A DNA stretch of 64,000 nucleotides from Trichosphaerium sp. ATCC 40318 (taxonomy: Eukaryota; Protista; Tubulinea). The number at the start of each line of letters is the position of its first letter. The first letter of the stretch is position 1. This document shows, in pieces, positions 12,268 to 25,994 of the stretch. The DNA is taken from the NCBI GenBank assembly GCA_038496445.1, contig JALMLS010000140.1, positions 1 through 64,000 on the forward strand, read 5' to 3'. Below the pieces are notes generated by a model. It did no database searches. It had not been told where the DNA came from and worked only from the letters and a program-made list of their open reading frames with translations. A program made the position numbers and the translations under genes.

Positions 12268-13149
12268 TACGTTCAGAACAAAAATAAATAAAAAAAATTC
12301 AGCAACTTAATCGTCGTCTAAGTCATCGTTGATAGTCCGCTTGTTCCGATTTCTTGTTCTCCTTTGAATCGCTCTTTGAAGCCTAGTGAAGTTCGTAAGC
12401 GCATGCACTACAGTATAATGAAGTGAAAGCGATGTGTTTTGAGAGTCCTCAGCTGTTTAACCACAATGTGGTTTTATCAGCAATAAACTTAAGTTGGGGT
12501 GACAGATATATCTCATCATATAGACTACTATTGGAGCTTTTGAGAGGTGAAAAATACGTACTGAGAATATGTTCTCGTTTGTTTCGATCGTGTTGACTAT
12601 GTTTCGCGTCAATAGCGCCTGTGATAAGCGTGATGGCGTCACTTGGTATCGCAGTGGCCTGTAGAGGCTCTGTTCGTCATTATTTCCTGAAAATGAGTCA
12701 GACGAGAAAACTTTTGTTTTTATAACAGTTTTTATCGATTTAAAAGCTCAGGCTTATCGCATAAGTTGTCAACATAGAAAATTGAGTGTCCAAACAAACT
12801 CATCAAAGCAAAGAAAAGAATAATAGCGCTTTCTTGCTTGTTTCGTACATTGTAACGTGGTTTTTAAGCATTATTGCTTTACGTATTGTGGTTTTTGTGG
12901 CTTTGGACGCATTGTGTTGCTTGTGAAAGATATTTTTTATGGTTGCTTTAAGGCAGAACTCATTTAAGTGCACTTTTAACAAAAAAATCATGCATGGCAA
13001 TGTACTTACAAGACAAAATATATGGTATTGGTATGTTCATGCACTTGAAAGTACCACAAATAACACAACATAATAAATTCTTCATTTAATAATTTAGCCT
13101 TATTGCTTCTGTACTTGGTTGTAATCGATAAGTAATGACCTCAATGACT

Positions 13150-16100
13150 TCAGGTGGAGTGTTTTTTGAAAAATTCAGCCCAATCCTATTGTACACATGC
13201 GTTAGCGCCAACAATAATGCACAGAGGTAATGCGTACTTTAAACTTAGCAGCCATTGCATTGTCTTTGCGCATATTAAGCAAGAAATTTATGTACGAATA
13301 AACAGCACTATCATGAGCTGGATCTGCTTTGATTGATTGCAAGAAGTAATCCTAATAAATCTGGTGAGCACACAAAGAAAGTGACAGGTATATCTTTTTA
13401 TGTACTTCTGCTGCATCGTAATCCTTAACATAGTCTAAGAGCAAGTTGGCGTACTACAAAAGAAAGTCAATACGTGACAGAAAACTAAAGCAAAGAGTCT
13501 AAAACGTACTTGGTAGAGCGTATGAGTATCACTAGGATCAACAGCAATAGCTTTTTTAAGAAGATCTATTGCATTCAACACAACAGGATGTGTTGCATGA
13601 TTCTCCTTCTGGCGATTTCCAAGCTTATATTGCTTCAAGAGTACATCAGCGTAATTACGTAGTGTAACTATAAACCAAGTTAGCAAACAATGACACAAAA
13701 AAGAAGAAAAAAACGAGAAATGAAAGCGTTGTTTCTTGTACGTTTGCTTGTAGGGTTAGCATTAAGTACTTCCTCCATTTGCTCCTGCGCTTTTTTGTAA
13801 AGCTCAATAACAGCATTTGTGTTCTTATTATTCCCAGAACGTCTCAACAAAGCGTTTGCATGTAATTTTAAAATATATCCCTTTGCATGTGCAACAGAGT
13901 TCATGTGCTTTTCGACACCTCCAAGCTGCAAGAAATCTAAAAGCAGAAACAATCAATGGTAGATAAACAAAGAAATATGTAGAGAATGTAGTAACGGCAT
14001 GTAGAAGTGTATGAGGTCCAAAAAAATTAGAGAAAAGCAGTCATCTTTTACAACTATTTGTAATATTTCACTTTTTTTTTCTTGTACCTGTTTGTTCGAA
14101 AGTATGATATGCCAGATCACTTCCTTCTTCAAAACAAGTCCATACACCCTTTTTAAACTGCAACGAAACATGGTCAGTGTTTGTAAAAAATAAGGTAGAC
14201 AAAAGATAAAAAAAATAGTTTTTCTGTGGATTTCTTTTAGTCTTCACTATTCTTCCACGTACAATTGCAAGCTTCCTTGGATCAATAGCAAATCCCATCA
14301 ATTTTATAACACGTTTCAACACATGATGTTGCGCTCTTGAATAACCGCATATACGTGCATATAGCTTAGTTTTCTTCTTTAATACAGAACCACCAAAATA
14401 GCTTGATAACTTTTCACTTATTATTGTGTTCCATTGACTGCATCTCCTTTTATCGAATGTACCAAATAATTTATTCATCTCATTAACCATAAGTGCTATA
14501 TAAGGTTGCTCAAGAGGAAATTTGAGTTGCTCCATCTTAGCACGTAAAAGATCTTTCAAGTGAGATTTGATAATTCTGCTTGCCATTTCTATTAAAAGAA
14601 TCATGCGTGCGTCTTTACTTTTACAGTGTGTATACAGTCTTCCAATATACCTAGAAAGAAAGTTGATTATTTTCGACGTGGCTGGTACTGGAGAGCCTTG
14701 TAGGTCAGGTTTTTGGACAACGTCGACATGTTGTTGAAAAAAGCACTGTTTAATAAAACGTTTCTTGTTCTTTTTTGTACCTTAGATTGATCCCTTGCTC
14801 GTGAACCACACGTGGAACAGATATTCCACATACACCCTCTTTGGTGTTCTTTGCACGTTCAACCAAAAGCTCGAAAGCTGTCACAAAACCGGGTATAACA
14901 ATTTCGATTAAATGCCTTAAAAAGAAGCTCTTAGCATAACTTTACACTATACCCTCAATGCACTTACTTTGTAGCTTTTCCAATATCTGTATTAAATTTC
15001 TCTGCATCTTCGGGTACCAAAAATCGAGAGAACGCTACTTAATGTTAACTAACAGCAAATATTGGGATTTTTTTTAGGAAGTTTTGTGGAGGTGCGTACC
15101 ATCACAGCAAAGTGGCGTATGATATTTGCATACAAACTCTGGGCGTAACAGTCTGTATAAATGCGGGTTGATAAGTTTTGTGTCTTTCAGACGTGCTTCA
15201 GGAGGCATGGTCTAAGAGAAAAACTAAGAATATTTTTCAAAAAAGATAAACAAGCAGTCGTACACGACTGAAGTCCAAGATATAACGCCTTTCATCATTA
15301 CCAATCTACAAAAATATTTAACAGTTATAAAAATTGATGATAAGTTAACGCACGTGTCCTTCCATATCGCCAACACAAGGGATAAGTTTTCCTTTTTCAA
15401 GACCTTCACAAAACATTAGTTCAAAGAAACGTTTTTGTCTTTACCTTGTATCCTGTGAGGTGCTAGGTTAAGCTTTTTACCAGCTATTTGGAGCTTTGAC
15501 ATGATTATATCATCTTTTGCGTGTACAGTTTTTGCTGCATCTGCAGTACCAAACACAAGTGTTTTACTACCTTCAATCGGAAGTAATGTCTGTTTTTAGG
15601 AAAAAAATTTAGTTCTTGTCATTGTTCAAACACAGTACCATTGCTACAAGTCTGTACCCTCTGTAATCTATTAAACAAACCAAAGGAAGACTTAAATCGT
15701 GTATGTTACAATTCTTAAATGCAAGAAGTCCTTTCAACTCATGACCGCCAACCTGTTAAAAAAATTCGTTAGAGATTCTTCAGAAAAAAAAATATCAGTA
15801 CTTTTGCTGCATTTGCATCACCACCAAGTAATTCTTTGTTATGTTAGTCACCACTATAGTATTAAAAAATATGATGTGCACGTACTATGTTCATCAACAG
15901 CAAATTTGTAAAGTATCTAGAGGTGAGAACAAAACGTTAATTAAAATAGCAATAAAAAAAAAAACCCATACATTGTGTACAATATATTTGTATCCTCCAA
16001 CAATACCATTGATATCTGTTACTGGCTTTATAGTTTTTGATTCATCATGTAGATGAAGCTCAGATATAATTACTCGACCATACATACGCGCAGCAACAAT

Positions 16101-17608
16101 GAAATCTAAATGTTCACTCAGCACGTGATATTGAATATTTGATTTTGTTTTTGGGTGTTGTTACAATTGGTACCTTGTGCTAAGTTAATCAAATCGTTAT
16201 TAACAGCAATACGCTCAGCGTCAGTTGATGTGTTTTCAAGATTTTGAATTGCTTCCGTGTTTTGTTGAAACCTTTCATTAAAATCGGCCTACACGAATCT
16301 CTGTTAGTATTACGGTATACATACGGTACAATAGATGATAAAGATTTAAAATTGAACACTTGCGCTTGCTAACAAAGGGCCACAAAGTAGTAGTTTTTCA
16401 AATTTACAATTTGTTAAATTCAATGAAATAAATGAAAAACTCTGCCGACATACCAGTCCAGAAACAGCAAAATCTTCAATGCTTGCACTATCTGGGCCTT
16501 CAGGATCAGGATTTGATTCTGTATAGTAAGCTCCATCATTATCGTCTTCTGTTATTTCAGCTTCGTCGACACTTGAATGTGAAGCTAAAAATAAAGTTGT
16601 GGGCAATTATGCTGTCATTTGTTATGTACTATCTAGATAATTTGAGTCAAGGTCTTGTAGTGAATCTCCCTCATAGGCGCTTGTCAATCCATGCTTCTTT
16701 AGGACACTGCGATCCTTCTTATTTTAATTAAGTAAGAACCAAGCTAACAAAGAACTAGCGACAATTTTTTTTTTTCAGAAATTAGCGTACTCTGGTTGAA
16801 CTCGGTAGAATAAACTGTGTGGAGCTCATTGTCAATGGTCGTTCATCTATTAATCTGTGTTAGAAAAAACCCCTTAACCACGTCCCCATAAGGTGTGGAG
16901 CAACCAAAAAATACGGACCTTTTGTTGGCTTCTTCTTTTTAGTATTCTTTGACTCCTGAAATCTTGGAGAGTTTAAAATACTTTCTTGGATACTTTTTAC
17001 ATAAGAAGCGCGTTTTTCCTATTCTTAGTAAGTACTTCGCCCAAGTATACTGCAATGCGTATGACGTACCTCTGTCATGATTAAAGAAAACTCAAGTGTA
17101 ACATCACAAGTACACTTTTTATGATCATCCAAAAGGCGAACACAGCGAGATGTAGGTTCTCTCTCTTGTGCAGGCTTTAAATGAAGTTGTTTGATGGTAA
17201 GTGTTCTAGTTCCGATGGTTTGAGGTTTCAATAACGTTCTCTTTTGCTTTATAGTTATGGAGATAGAGGTTGGAAGGATTGTACTAGTATTATATCGTGT
17301 TAATTTCAAAGATACGGCTAAAAGTAGTACCTTTGTACATCAGTCGAACGAAACCATTGGATTCTTCCTTTACTGTCTTTACTGCTCGCGTCGCAAGAAA
17401 ACTTGATTGGTTTTATACTTTCAGATACAAAATTGCCTTCAATGACGCAGTAGAACTCTATCGACGGTAAAAACGTTAAATTTGGTACGTCTTCAATACC
17501 TCCTGTTCTATCCAAACGTAACTTCCCTTCTTTTATGTGTATACGCAAAAGAGAAGGACATGGCGGTGCTTTAGTTCCTCTTTGTGAGCTTCTTTTTGGT
17601 TCTGCCAT
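13150..17608 (-). CDS. C2-like + Clu domain + TPR protein; multi-exon
   Basis: Clu-type motifs DFIVAARMYGRVIISELHL..KTIKP...GIVGGYKYIVHN and EMASRIIK..L; TPR-like helices at the C-terminus; beta-rich N-terminus LLRIHIKEG...IQW...IGTRTL. Confidence 0.8.
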
Positions 17609-17865
17609 ACACGTCTCCTTTTCTTTAATTATTAAGCAGTAGAAGGTGTAATGACACTGAGGGGCAATAAATGTTACAATAAAAATCCAAAAGTGGCTTA
17701 ACTGAAAAGGCGTAAAACACGTAGTTTAATAGATACAAATTGAAAGGACAACACGTGTTACAAAGATTTCTCTCCGTTCCAAAACATGTTCAGTGATTGC
17801 ACGTTGCATGATGCAATGTACCAATAAACTTCGTGACTTAACAGTTTTACGGGTATTCACTAGGT

Positions 17866-18323
17866 TACCCGTGAGTTAGCTAGACGCGACCTTGCTCTGG
17901 TAGCAATGTATGGCGTTTAATATACCACACGTTTTGCTAAAGGGTGGAAGTGCGTTAAGTAAACAAAATGACTTTCGCTAAAAAAGAATAAACTTTTTAT
18001 TTTATTTTACAAGGAGTAGTTTTTGCTATAGGTGGGGAACTGTGTAAGTGCACTTGCTTAAGTGTATTTAAACAGTATTACATTTATCAATCATGATTGT
18101 ATTTTAGTAAATTTCTACACTATTCAATCAAACAGCATACAAGATAACCAATACTAGCGAAGCCCAAGCGAGCCACTACCCGTGAGTTATCTAGACACAA
18201 CCTTGCTTTGGTAGCAAGGTTTGGCGTTTAATATACCACACGTTTTGCTAAAGGGTGGAAGTGCGTTAAGTAAACAAAATGACTTTCGCTAAAAAAGAAT
18301 ATACTTTTTATTTTATTTGACAA
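17866..18323 (+). repeat. ~147-bp imperfect direct repeat, two copies (17866-18012 and 18177-18323)
   Basis: tacccgtgagtta...ggcgtttaatataccacacgttttgctaaagggtggaagtgcgttaagtaaacaaaatgactttcgctaaaaaagaata occurs twice, 311 bp apart. Confidence 0.92.
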
Positions 18324-19058
18324 CGTCAGTACGTTATAATTGGTTAAAAAAAGAGTACGGAAGTCCCTTTCAAACACGTTCACGATATGAAACTAGAAAA
18401 ATAATTCCTTTTTTTATATAGCCCATCAACAACTAGCAGCCATGTTTACCTTTTATACAGTACAACCATTTAATTGAGTTACAATCCTATTTGGTCAAGT
18501 AATGTAAATTTATGACTTTACAGTTTTCAGGAATGCAAGCTGTAACGAAGAGTTGATAACAGTTGAAGCACACAAAAGTTTACGAAACTTTGACTCTGTA
18601 AAATAAAGAAACTCAAATTGATCAAGAAAAAAACAAGGAGGATACAGTAACTTAAAACTCGACTTATTATTATGCTAGCAGATTTAGCAGCTTTCGTATT
18701 AAACTTGTCGGTCTTGAGTGTATTGCTACATCCGAATTTGCTATCTCACTTATATAATAGATGTTATGCAACACATGAAGGGAAACAACACTTATAGATG
18801 TGCAAGTATAGCACAAAGAATGTATAACTTAAATAGGCAACTGAGAATATTTGGAGTCTTGTTGTTGTCTGACAAGTTCACAATGCGTGATAAACAAAGT
18901 GATGCTGTAAAGTTAGTTTACGCAGTCACTGAGCGCTGTTCGGAAACAGCGTTAATACTATTTTAAGTCGTCAAAACGAAGATATTTCTCAGTACCTTTA
19001 GTTTTAAGTCACGTGAAGGTTTTGTTCTGAAACTGAAACGTAAAATAACTTTACGGCA

Positions 19059-20688
19059 ATGTCTCAAGTAAAGGTAGGAATTTTAGGCGCTACAGGCATG
19101 GTAGGCCAACGTTTTGTTCAACTGCTTGAAAATCACCCTCAATTCGTTATTAAAGCACTCGGTGCTTCTCCACGTTCGGCTGGAAAGACGTACAGGGAGG
19201 CAGTAAACTGGAAGGTGCGATATTAGCTAATAACAGTTATTAATAAACTATAGTTGTCTACGCCAATACCTACGGCAGTGGCTGACGTCGTTGTAGCGTT
19301 ATGCAAACCAGAAGGTAGTGATGGTTCCCAATTTTGATTAAAACAACGTAGAATTTATTAAACAGTGTGACATTGTCTTTTCTGGTCTAGATTCTAGCGT
19401 AGCAGGGCCAATAGAGGATGCTTTCGCCAAAGCAGAAATGCCTGTGTTCAGGTACGTAACAATCATAAATAAGCGTTAATTTACGCACTGTAGTAACTCA
19501 AAGAATCACCGAATGGTATGCGCGGTGTCACCAATAACATTCTCACAAATGATTGTTTTAGGATAAAGACGTGCCTATCCTCATCCCTTATGTCAATGCT
19601 TCACATATAGATATTATAAAGAAGCAACGAGAGAACAAAGGATACAAAAAAGGTAAAACAACTTTTCTTTCGAAAAAAAAAAAGATCAAATCTTTGGCAC
19701 CTTTTAGCTCTTTTCATCGGTTAGTCTCACGTGTGATTTTTTGTAGGTTTTATTGTTACTAATGCCAACTGTTCAACTACTGGACTTGCAATAGCACTTG
19801 CTCCAATACATCAGAAGTATGGGATTGATAAGTGTTTAGGTAAAAACTAAAAAAAAGACAAGATGTCGTTTCGATTTATTTCTGACTTTAATAGTATTCA
19901 CAATGCAAGCCATTAGTGGTGGTGGTTACCCTGGAGTTTCTTCAATGGGTATGATCTATTTTTGTACCGTTTAAACCTAATAACGAGAATCAGTATTCAA
20001 ACAAAGAATAAGAAAAAAATAGTATGTTGACACTTATGTAGATATTCATGATAATGTTGTACCTTACATTGGGAGCGAGGAAGGTAAACTCGTTATAGAA
20101 ACACGTAAAATACTAGGTCCTTGTAAAGACAATGCATTCGTTGATGCAGAGATCACTGTAAGGTAACTACTTCTATTCTTTTGTCCTTTTTTGTTGGTTT
20201 TTGACGATTTATTTCTAGCGCTCATTGTAACCGTGTTTCTGTTCTTGATGGTCACACTGAATGTGTATCACTTAAACTATCAAAACCAGCAACACCTGAA
20301 GATATCAAAAAGTTACTTTCAGAGTACACTGAACCTACAGTTGCCAAGCTTCATTCTTGTCCTGATAAAATGATTATTGTCCGTGAGGAACAAGACCGTC
20401 CACAGCCAAGGTATATTACTGGTAGCTAGTTGTAATAATGTTTTAACTATATCAGGCTTGACAGGAACGCTGGGAACGGAAACACAGTGACTGTTGGTCG
20501 TGTTAGAAAATGCGAAATTTTTGACATTAAAATGGTATTATTATCCCATAACACTGTTATTGGCGCTGCCGGTACGTCACCAGTTTATCTGGCATGCTTT
20601 TGTATTTTTTTTACGTAAAAATATTAATGAATTGTAAGGTGGTTCTATACTAAATGCGGAGCTTGCTGTACAGCGTGGTTACATTTAA
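19059..20688 (+). CDS. asd: Aspartate-semialdehyde dehydrogenase (fungal HOM2/archaeal-type); 10 introns
   Basis: Fully spliced by hand: [28 protein letters not shown] (catalytic Cys), [46 protein letters not shown]. Confidence 0.97.
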
Positions 20689-21012
20689 ATGTAAAAAAAA
20701 TTATGACTTTGACAGTTTTAGTGTAGAATAGAATTTGACTATGCGTAAAGATGTTTGTCTAGCGAATATGTGTACTGTCTAATAACGTTATTGTAGAACA
20801 AACATGAGAATGTATGATTTTTTCAAGTTGATAGCCACGTGACATGGAAAGTATGCTTAGTTAGATATTCTACGCCTAGGTAGTCGCCTGTGGTTGCTTT
20901 ACAAGCAATAATGTTGAAAAAATGAGAAACTTCGTCAGAAATATTCAGTGCTTTATTTTTAAGCAGTAGTGGCTTCTGTGGCATATAACCGCGTATCAAC
21001 CGCTAAAAAGCG

Positions 21013-22269
21013 ATGGAGCTGGTAGATTACAATGAGTGTGAGGCAATTGCGTCTGATAAGACTGTATCGTTTTTAAATACCTTCATAATCAATACCACAC
21101 AGTTTTTAAACAGGTAACGTACTATTTAGTGTTTTTTGTAAATCAACTAATTGATACAATGAAATGGTAGGTTCTCAAACATATGCGAGCAGAAGCTTAA
21201 CAAAGTTGGAAGAAAGATTCAACGCTTAGAAATTACAGTAGCGCTACTTGAAGCCAAACTAGCCTCAATCGGCGATATTGAAGGTACGAAAGCCTACAAA
21301 CGCGCCCCAAAATTATTTTGACAATCAACAAAATGTTTTGCTGTCAATTTGTACTTCTTCTCCAAGAGCGACGCACGCAAGCGCGTCAAGTATCGATTTA
21401 GACATACTAAGCAAAAAAGCCTCAAATTATTTCCTCTGACTTAGTTTTAAGGAGTCGCCGCAGCAACAACTGAAGCCCCACCAGCTGCTCCTGCAGCGCC
21501 AGGCGCCGAACAAAATGGAGAAGCGCCAACAGATCCAGATGTGCCAACAGGAGATATTCCTCTTCCACCACCAATGGAAGGCGAAGGAGACGCTCCAGGT
21601 ACTTTCATATCATAAAAAAATATCGTGAGGCGCCGTATCTATTCTCTTCACTGCTACCACAGTGGCACACAATAACATATGAACAAGCCTGTTCATTGTG
21701 GCAGGTGTCAAAAACCACCAATCTTTTTTATCGATAAAAAAGATGTCTGTTTGTTTTTATTTCTTTTTCTTTTCACTCATACTTGTGTGTTTGTAGGCGG
21801 TGACGAAGGCGGTGTTACTTGGGAAGATGATCCACGTTATACAAAATTCTTTAAAATGCTTAAAATGGGTGTACCATTAGCACATGTTCAATCTAAAATG
21901 ATGATGGAGGGTACATGGCTCTTTATTTATTTTTTTCGTTTATTTTTGAAAAAATACTTGTTTATTGTTGGACCCTCTTTTATGCCTTGTTTACTATGAT
22001 AATAATAATTTCTATTAGGTTATGATCCATCTAATCTGGAAAATCCCAAAGGAAAGAGCGACTATGTACCTGGAGCTGCAGGTACCTTTTTTTTTCTCCT
22101 TCTCTAAAACATTTGTTAATAAACTTGAACTACTCACGCACATAAAACTAATTCCAAAATAGCCCCAAGCGAACAAAGTTCTGATGAAGAAAGTGATTTC
22201 TCATCTGATGATGAATCAGATGATTCAGATGCTGAATCCTCAGAGAATTCTGATGGCGATTGGGATTAA
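21013..22269 (+). CDS. WASHC3: WASH complex subunit 3 (CCDC53)
   Basis: FLNTFIINTTQFLNRFSNICEQKL...LEITVALLEAKLASI; DDPRYTKFFKMLKMGVP; Pro-rich linker; acidic tail. Confidence 0.93.
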
Positions 22270-22535
22270 GGATTGTTTTTTTATGCTCAACAAAACTTCG
22301 CCTCGCAATGTTAACATAAAAGGCCTGCTGACGCTCCAATTTTTTTTGTAAACAAAACACAACAGGCTATACAAATAACGCCTTATTCGAAATATCACCT
22401 TGTAAAGTAAATAACCAGTTAATCAGAAATCATTGACACAGACTCATTTTTAAAAATGAAAGCAACTTTTTCTTTTCAAATACTTATCACGTGATCAAGA
22501 ATTCTTCAACAAGCGTCAATTGGCGACTAATCAGT

Positions 22536-23557
22536 ATGGGCGCCGTACAATCAGTTATTAATACCACACAGCAAGAGGCAAAGTTACTATTAAAGATTCT
22601 AACACTAAAACGCGAACCTAGGAGAAAGTTTCAGAATCAGAACCATTGTGCGGCCTGTTGCAGCTTCCTCCCGAAATACAGCTCGATATTACCGATTTAG
22701 ACGTTGAAGTGTATTTACTTTGGCCTCTGTTATCAAAACATACAGCAGTTACCACGAGGTTTGATGGTGACTTGAAGAAACAAGATAAATGGATTAAATT
22801 TCACATAACACGTGAGGAAAAAAGGAAAGTACCAAAATATCGAGTATTAGCTATTGAACATTATAAACATGGTAGACTTGATGGAGAGTACAAGAAATGG
22901 TACAAGAATGGTCAATTATGTGAGCACTGCCAGTATGTCAATGGAGAGCGAGAAGGAGAGTTTAAGACATGGCATGAAAGTGGGTTGTTGACCAAGCATT
23001 GTAGTTATTTAAATGGAAAGCTACATGGAAAATACAGGTTGCTATGGTACGATAATGGTCAAATCTTCGGTGAAGGATACTTTGTAAATGGTAAAGTTGA
23101 GGGAGAATACAAAGAGTGGTATTACAACGGTAGATTATGGAAACAATACTTTTTTGTTAATGATAAACTTGAAGGAGAGTACAAGATATGGTACGACAAT
23201 GGTAACTTAGCAGAGATGCATAATTATATAAAAGATAAACGTGAGGGAGAGTACAAAGAATGGTATTACAACGGTAGATTAAGGTTACAATGTAACTATG
23301 TCAATGACATGTATGAAGGACAATACAAGGTATTTTTTGATATCGGTCAACTACAGAAACATTATAACTATGTGAATGGTAGACTTGATGGAGAGTACAA
23401 AGAGTGGTACGTCACAGGTGGATTATTTAAAAAGTGTTATTACACACGTGATAACCTTGAAGGAGATTATTTTGAGTGGGACGAATTCGGAGAGTTGTGT
23501 TATCAAGGTCATTATATCAACGGTTTAGAACATCATTGGTTTAACAGCTTTTGTTAG
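22536..23557 (+). CDS. F-box-like + MORN-variant (YwqK-type) repeat protein, possibly N-myristoylated
   Basis: LLQLPPEIQLDI motif followed by about 10 repeats of GEYKxWYxNGxL. A short first exon (MGA.. at 22536) joins via an intron ending at TAG 22621 with a CTAAC branch point; the rest is one 936-nt exon. Confidence 0.85.
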
Positions 23558-23805
23558 CTGTACACTTTTTTTGTTATGCAATAAATAGTTTAATTCTTTG
23601 TCTAAGTATCACATGTTAAAAAGTGCTCTGTACTGACAGAGATAGTTTACTCAGAGCGTTGCAGAAATCTACTGTTAAGGTTTGTATACATTACATGGAA
23701 TACACTAAGTCTTAGGCCTTGTATATACATCTGATAATTGCATCAATGGAATCTACAATGTAAGGCAATCTTGGTAGTGACCTAAACGCAATTGTGTAAA
23801 CAATC

Positions 23806-24050
23806 ATGGGCAACATGGCATCCCTGTTTACGCAAAAGAAGCCGTAACAGCGAATATGCCAGAAACAGGCCATCTTGGCTCATGTTATTAGGACTTCCTC
23901 CGAAATACAGCTTGATATTACCGATTTAGAGAAGTGTGTTTACTTTGGCCTCTGTTATCAAAACATACAGCAGTTACCACGAGGTTTGATGGTGACTTGA
24001 AGAAACATGACGAATGGATTAAATACAAAATAGAGTATGAGAAACGTAGT
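23806..24050 (+). pseudogene. Truncated, frameshifted paralog of the F-box/MORN-variant gene
   Basis: Near-identical to 22664-22798 (cttcctcc...tactttggcctctgttatcaaaacatacagcagttaccacgagg). Starts MGNMAS, has 1-nt indels, and the repeats are missing. Confidence 0.85.
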
Positions 24051-24142
24051 CTTTCCTCAAAGCATCAGGCTGATAGTTGCAACTATTTAGAGTTGTTATT
24101 TATTTGTGAGTCATGTGTGAAGGTTACAAAACAATTTTAATC

Positions 24143-25994
24143 TTATTGTTTCATTGCAAGCTTATGAATTTTATCAAAGTTTTCTAACTCCTTTGTGAGA
24201 GCCTCTTCATCTTCTTCCAGTACATCAATCTACAATTTTAAAAGTTTGAGTATTTGTTTGTTATTTGAAACAACAGTTTTGTCGTACCTCAGTTTCAAGA
24301 TACTTTTTAAAAACATCAAACTTTTGGTTCCACCCTTTTTTATCTAAAAGATTCAGTTAAGTTTACGTAAGTTAACAACAACAAACGGACCTTCAGCATT
24401 TAAGTAGCTCTTTAGAAAACGAACATAACGTGTTAACAATACTGCCTTGCGTATACATGCATTTTCAAAATAATCAGTATCCTAGCAAAGCAACAATAAG
24501 CCAAAAACATGAATATGATTTGGTAAAACGAAACCAACTTACTGTAGGTTTAGGAAATTCAACCTGATTTGAAAACTGATATTTCTCACCTTCCCTGCTT
24601 GTGTACGAGGTACTTTGGAATAGTCAGAGGTAAAAAAATATAATGTAAAATCCGTGAAGCAAGTAAACGTACTCAACTGAAAAGCTGTTGGCTTCTTTCG
24701 ACTTTGATGAAACCTTGACAACAATAACACCTCCTTTGGTTCTACCGTGATCAAGCAAACTAGGGCTTGAACTTGTGATTTTACAGAGTACACCATCTTT
24801 TGGAACTTCATTACCTATCACGTGATTAAGTATACAAGAAAGTAGTGAGAAAATCGATTACCTGGAGAACCATAAACATATTCAGGAGTAACAACATTGC
24901 TGCTCAACTTAATTTGCACGTCAGATACATTCGTTGTAGTGATGTAATCGAACTCATCTTTCATTAATGTTGAAAACTCTTTTGGGGTGTTGACAGAGAA
25001 GTAGTTACACCCTTTTACTGATGAGATACATTCAACAGCATCAGTATCAAAATCTGTTCCCATGCCAACAAAAGATGAGTAAATCCCTTCTGCTGCTGCT
25101 TTTTGGAATTGAGATTTTAACCCCGCATCAAACTCATGCTATAGATCTTTAGAAACAAAAATAGCGTCTAGAAACACTACAAAGAGAAAAAAATTGCTAC
25201 AACGGTACCTTAGATATCAACATATCTGTAAAGAAAAACAATCTTCTTTCTCTACGTTTCTCTTGTTTTGATCCTTGAAGCATCTTGTATCCCGCTTCGA
25301 ACCCTATTAACTATTTAAGCTCATAGCCAAGAACAAACAAATCTTACCTTTGGATAGTGTTGTGCCTCCTCGCGTTTTAACATCCAATATCTTTTTGGAT
25401 AGATTTTGTTTGTCAATATCGCTCCATCTTTTTAGCTCTTGTAAAGTAGATGCATTTGTATCGAACAACACCATCCCAAAAGAGTCATCATCACGTAGGT
25501 TATCCAACATTGAAACAACACTTTCATTTGCTACTTGCATCTAAACGGGAAGGGACATAAGCGACACTAGATAAAACACAATTACGTACTATTGTCTTGC
25601 GTTGTGAATTTTGTCCAAAAACACTTCCCATGGAGCCACTAATGTCCATAACGACCACAACATCAAGAGGCCAACGTCCTTTGTTCTCGTAGAGACCAGG
25701 ACCATCCAAGTTTCCAGTCAGTCCAACACAAACAAACTTTTCGGTTTCACCTGTTGAGCAATGTTACAAAGTACCCATAAATATGTTTGTACACGCACCA
25801 TTGATAGGATCCTTGGTGATAGCGCTGAAAAAACGAGGAGAAAACGGTTTTTCCTTTTCTTGAGCGCCAACATTGAAATAGTGGTTATAATACAATCCCT
25901 CGTATGCTATGCTACTCGCAGGAGGTAAATGGCCTCTGTCAATGTTTGAAGTAAAGCTTACGACCCCTTTAGCTCCTAACGCTATGCATTCCAT
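24143..25994 (-). CDS. vWA-domain protein, copy 1 (YfbK-like N-terminus, prokaryote-type family); multi-exon
   Basis: HLPPASSIAYEGLYYNHYF; MIDAS motif VVVVMDISGSM; DDSFGMVLF; GGT; RLFFFTD; FVGMG. Confidence 0.88.
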
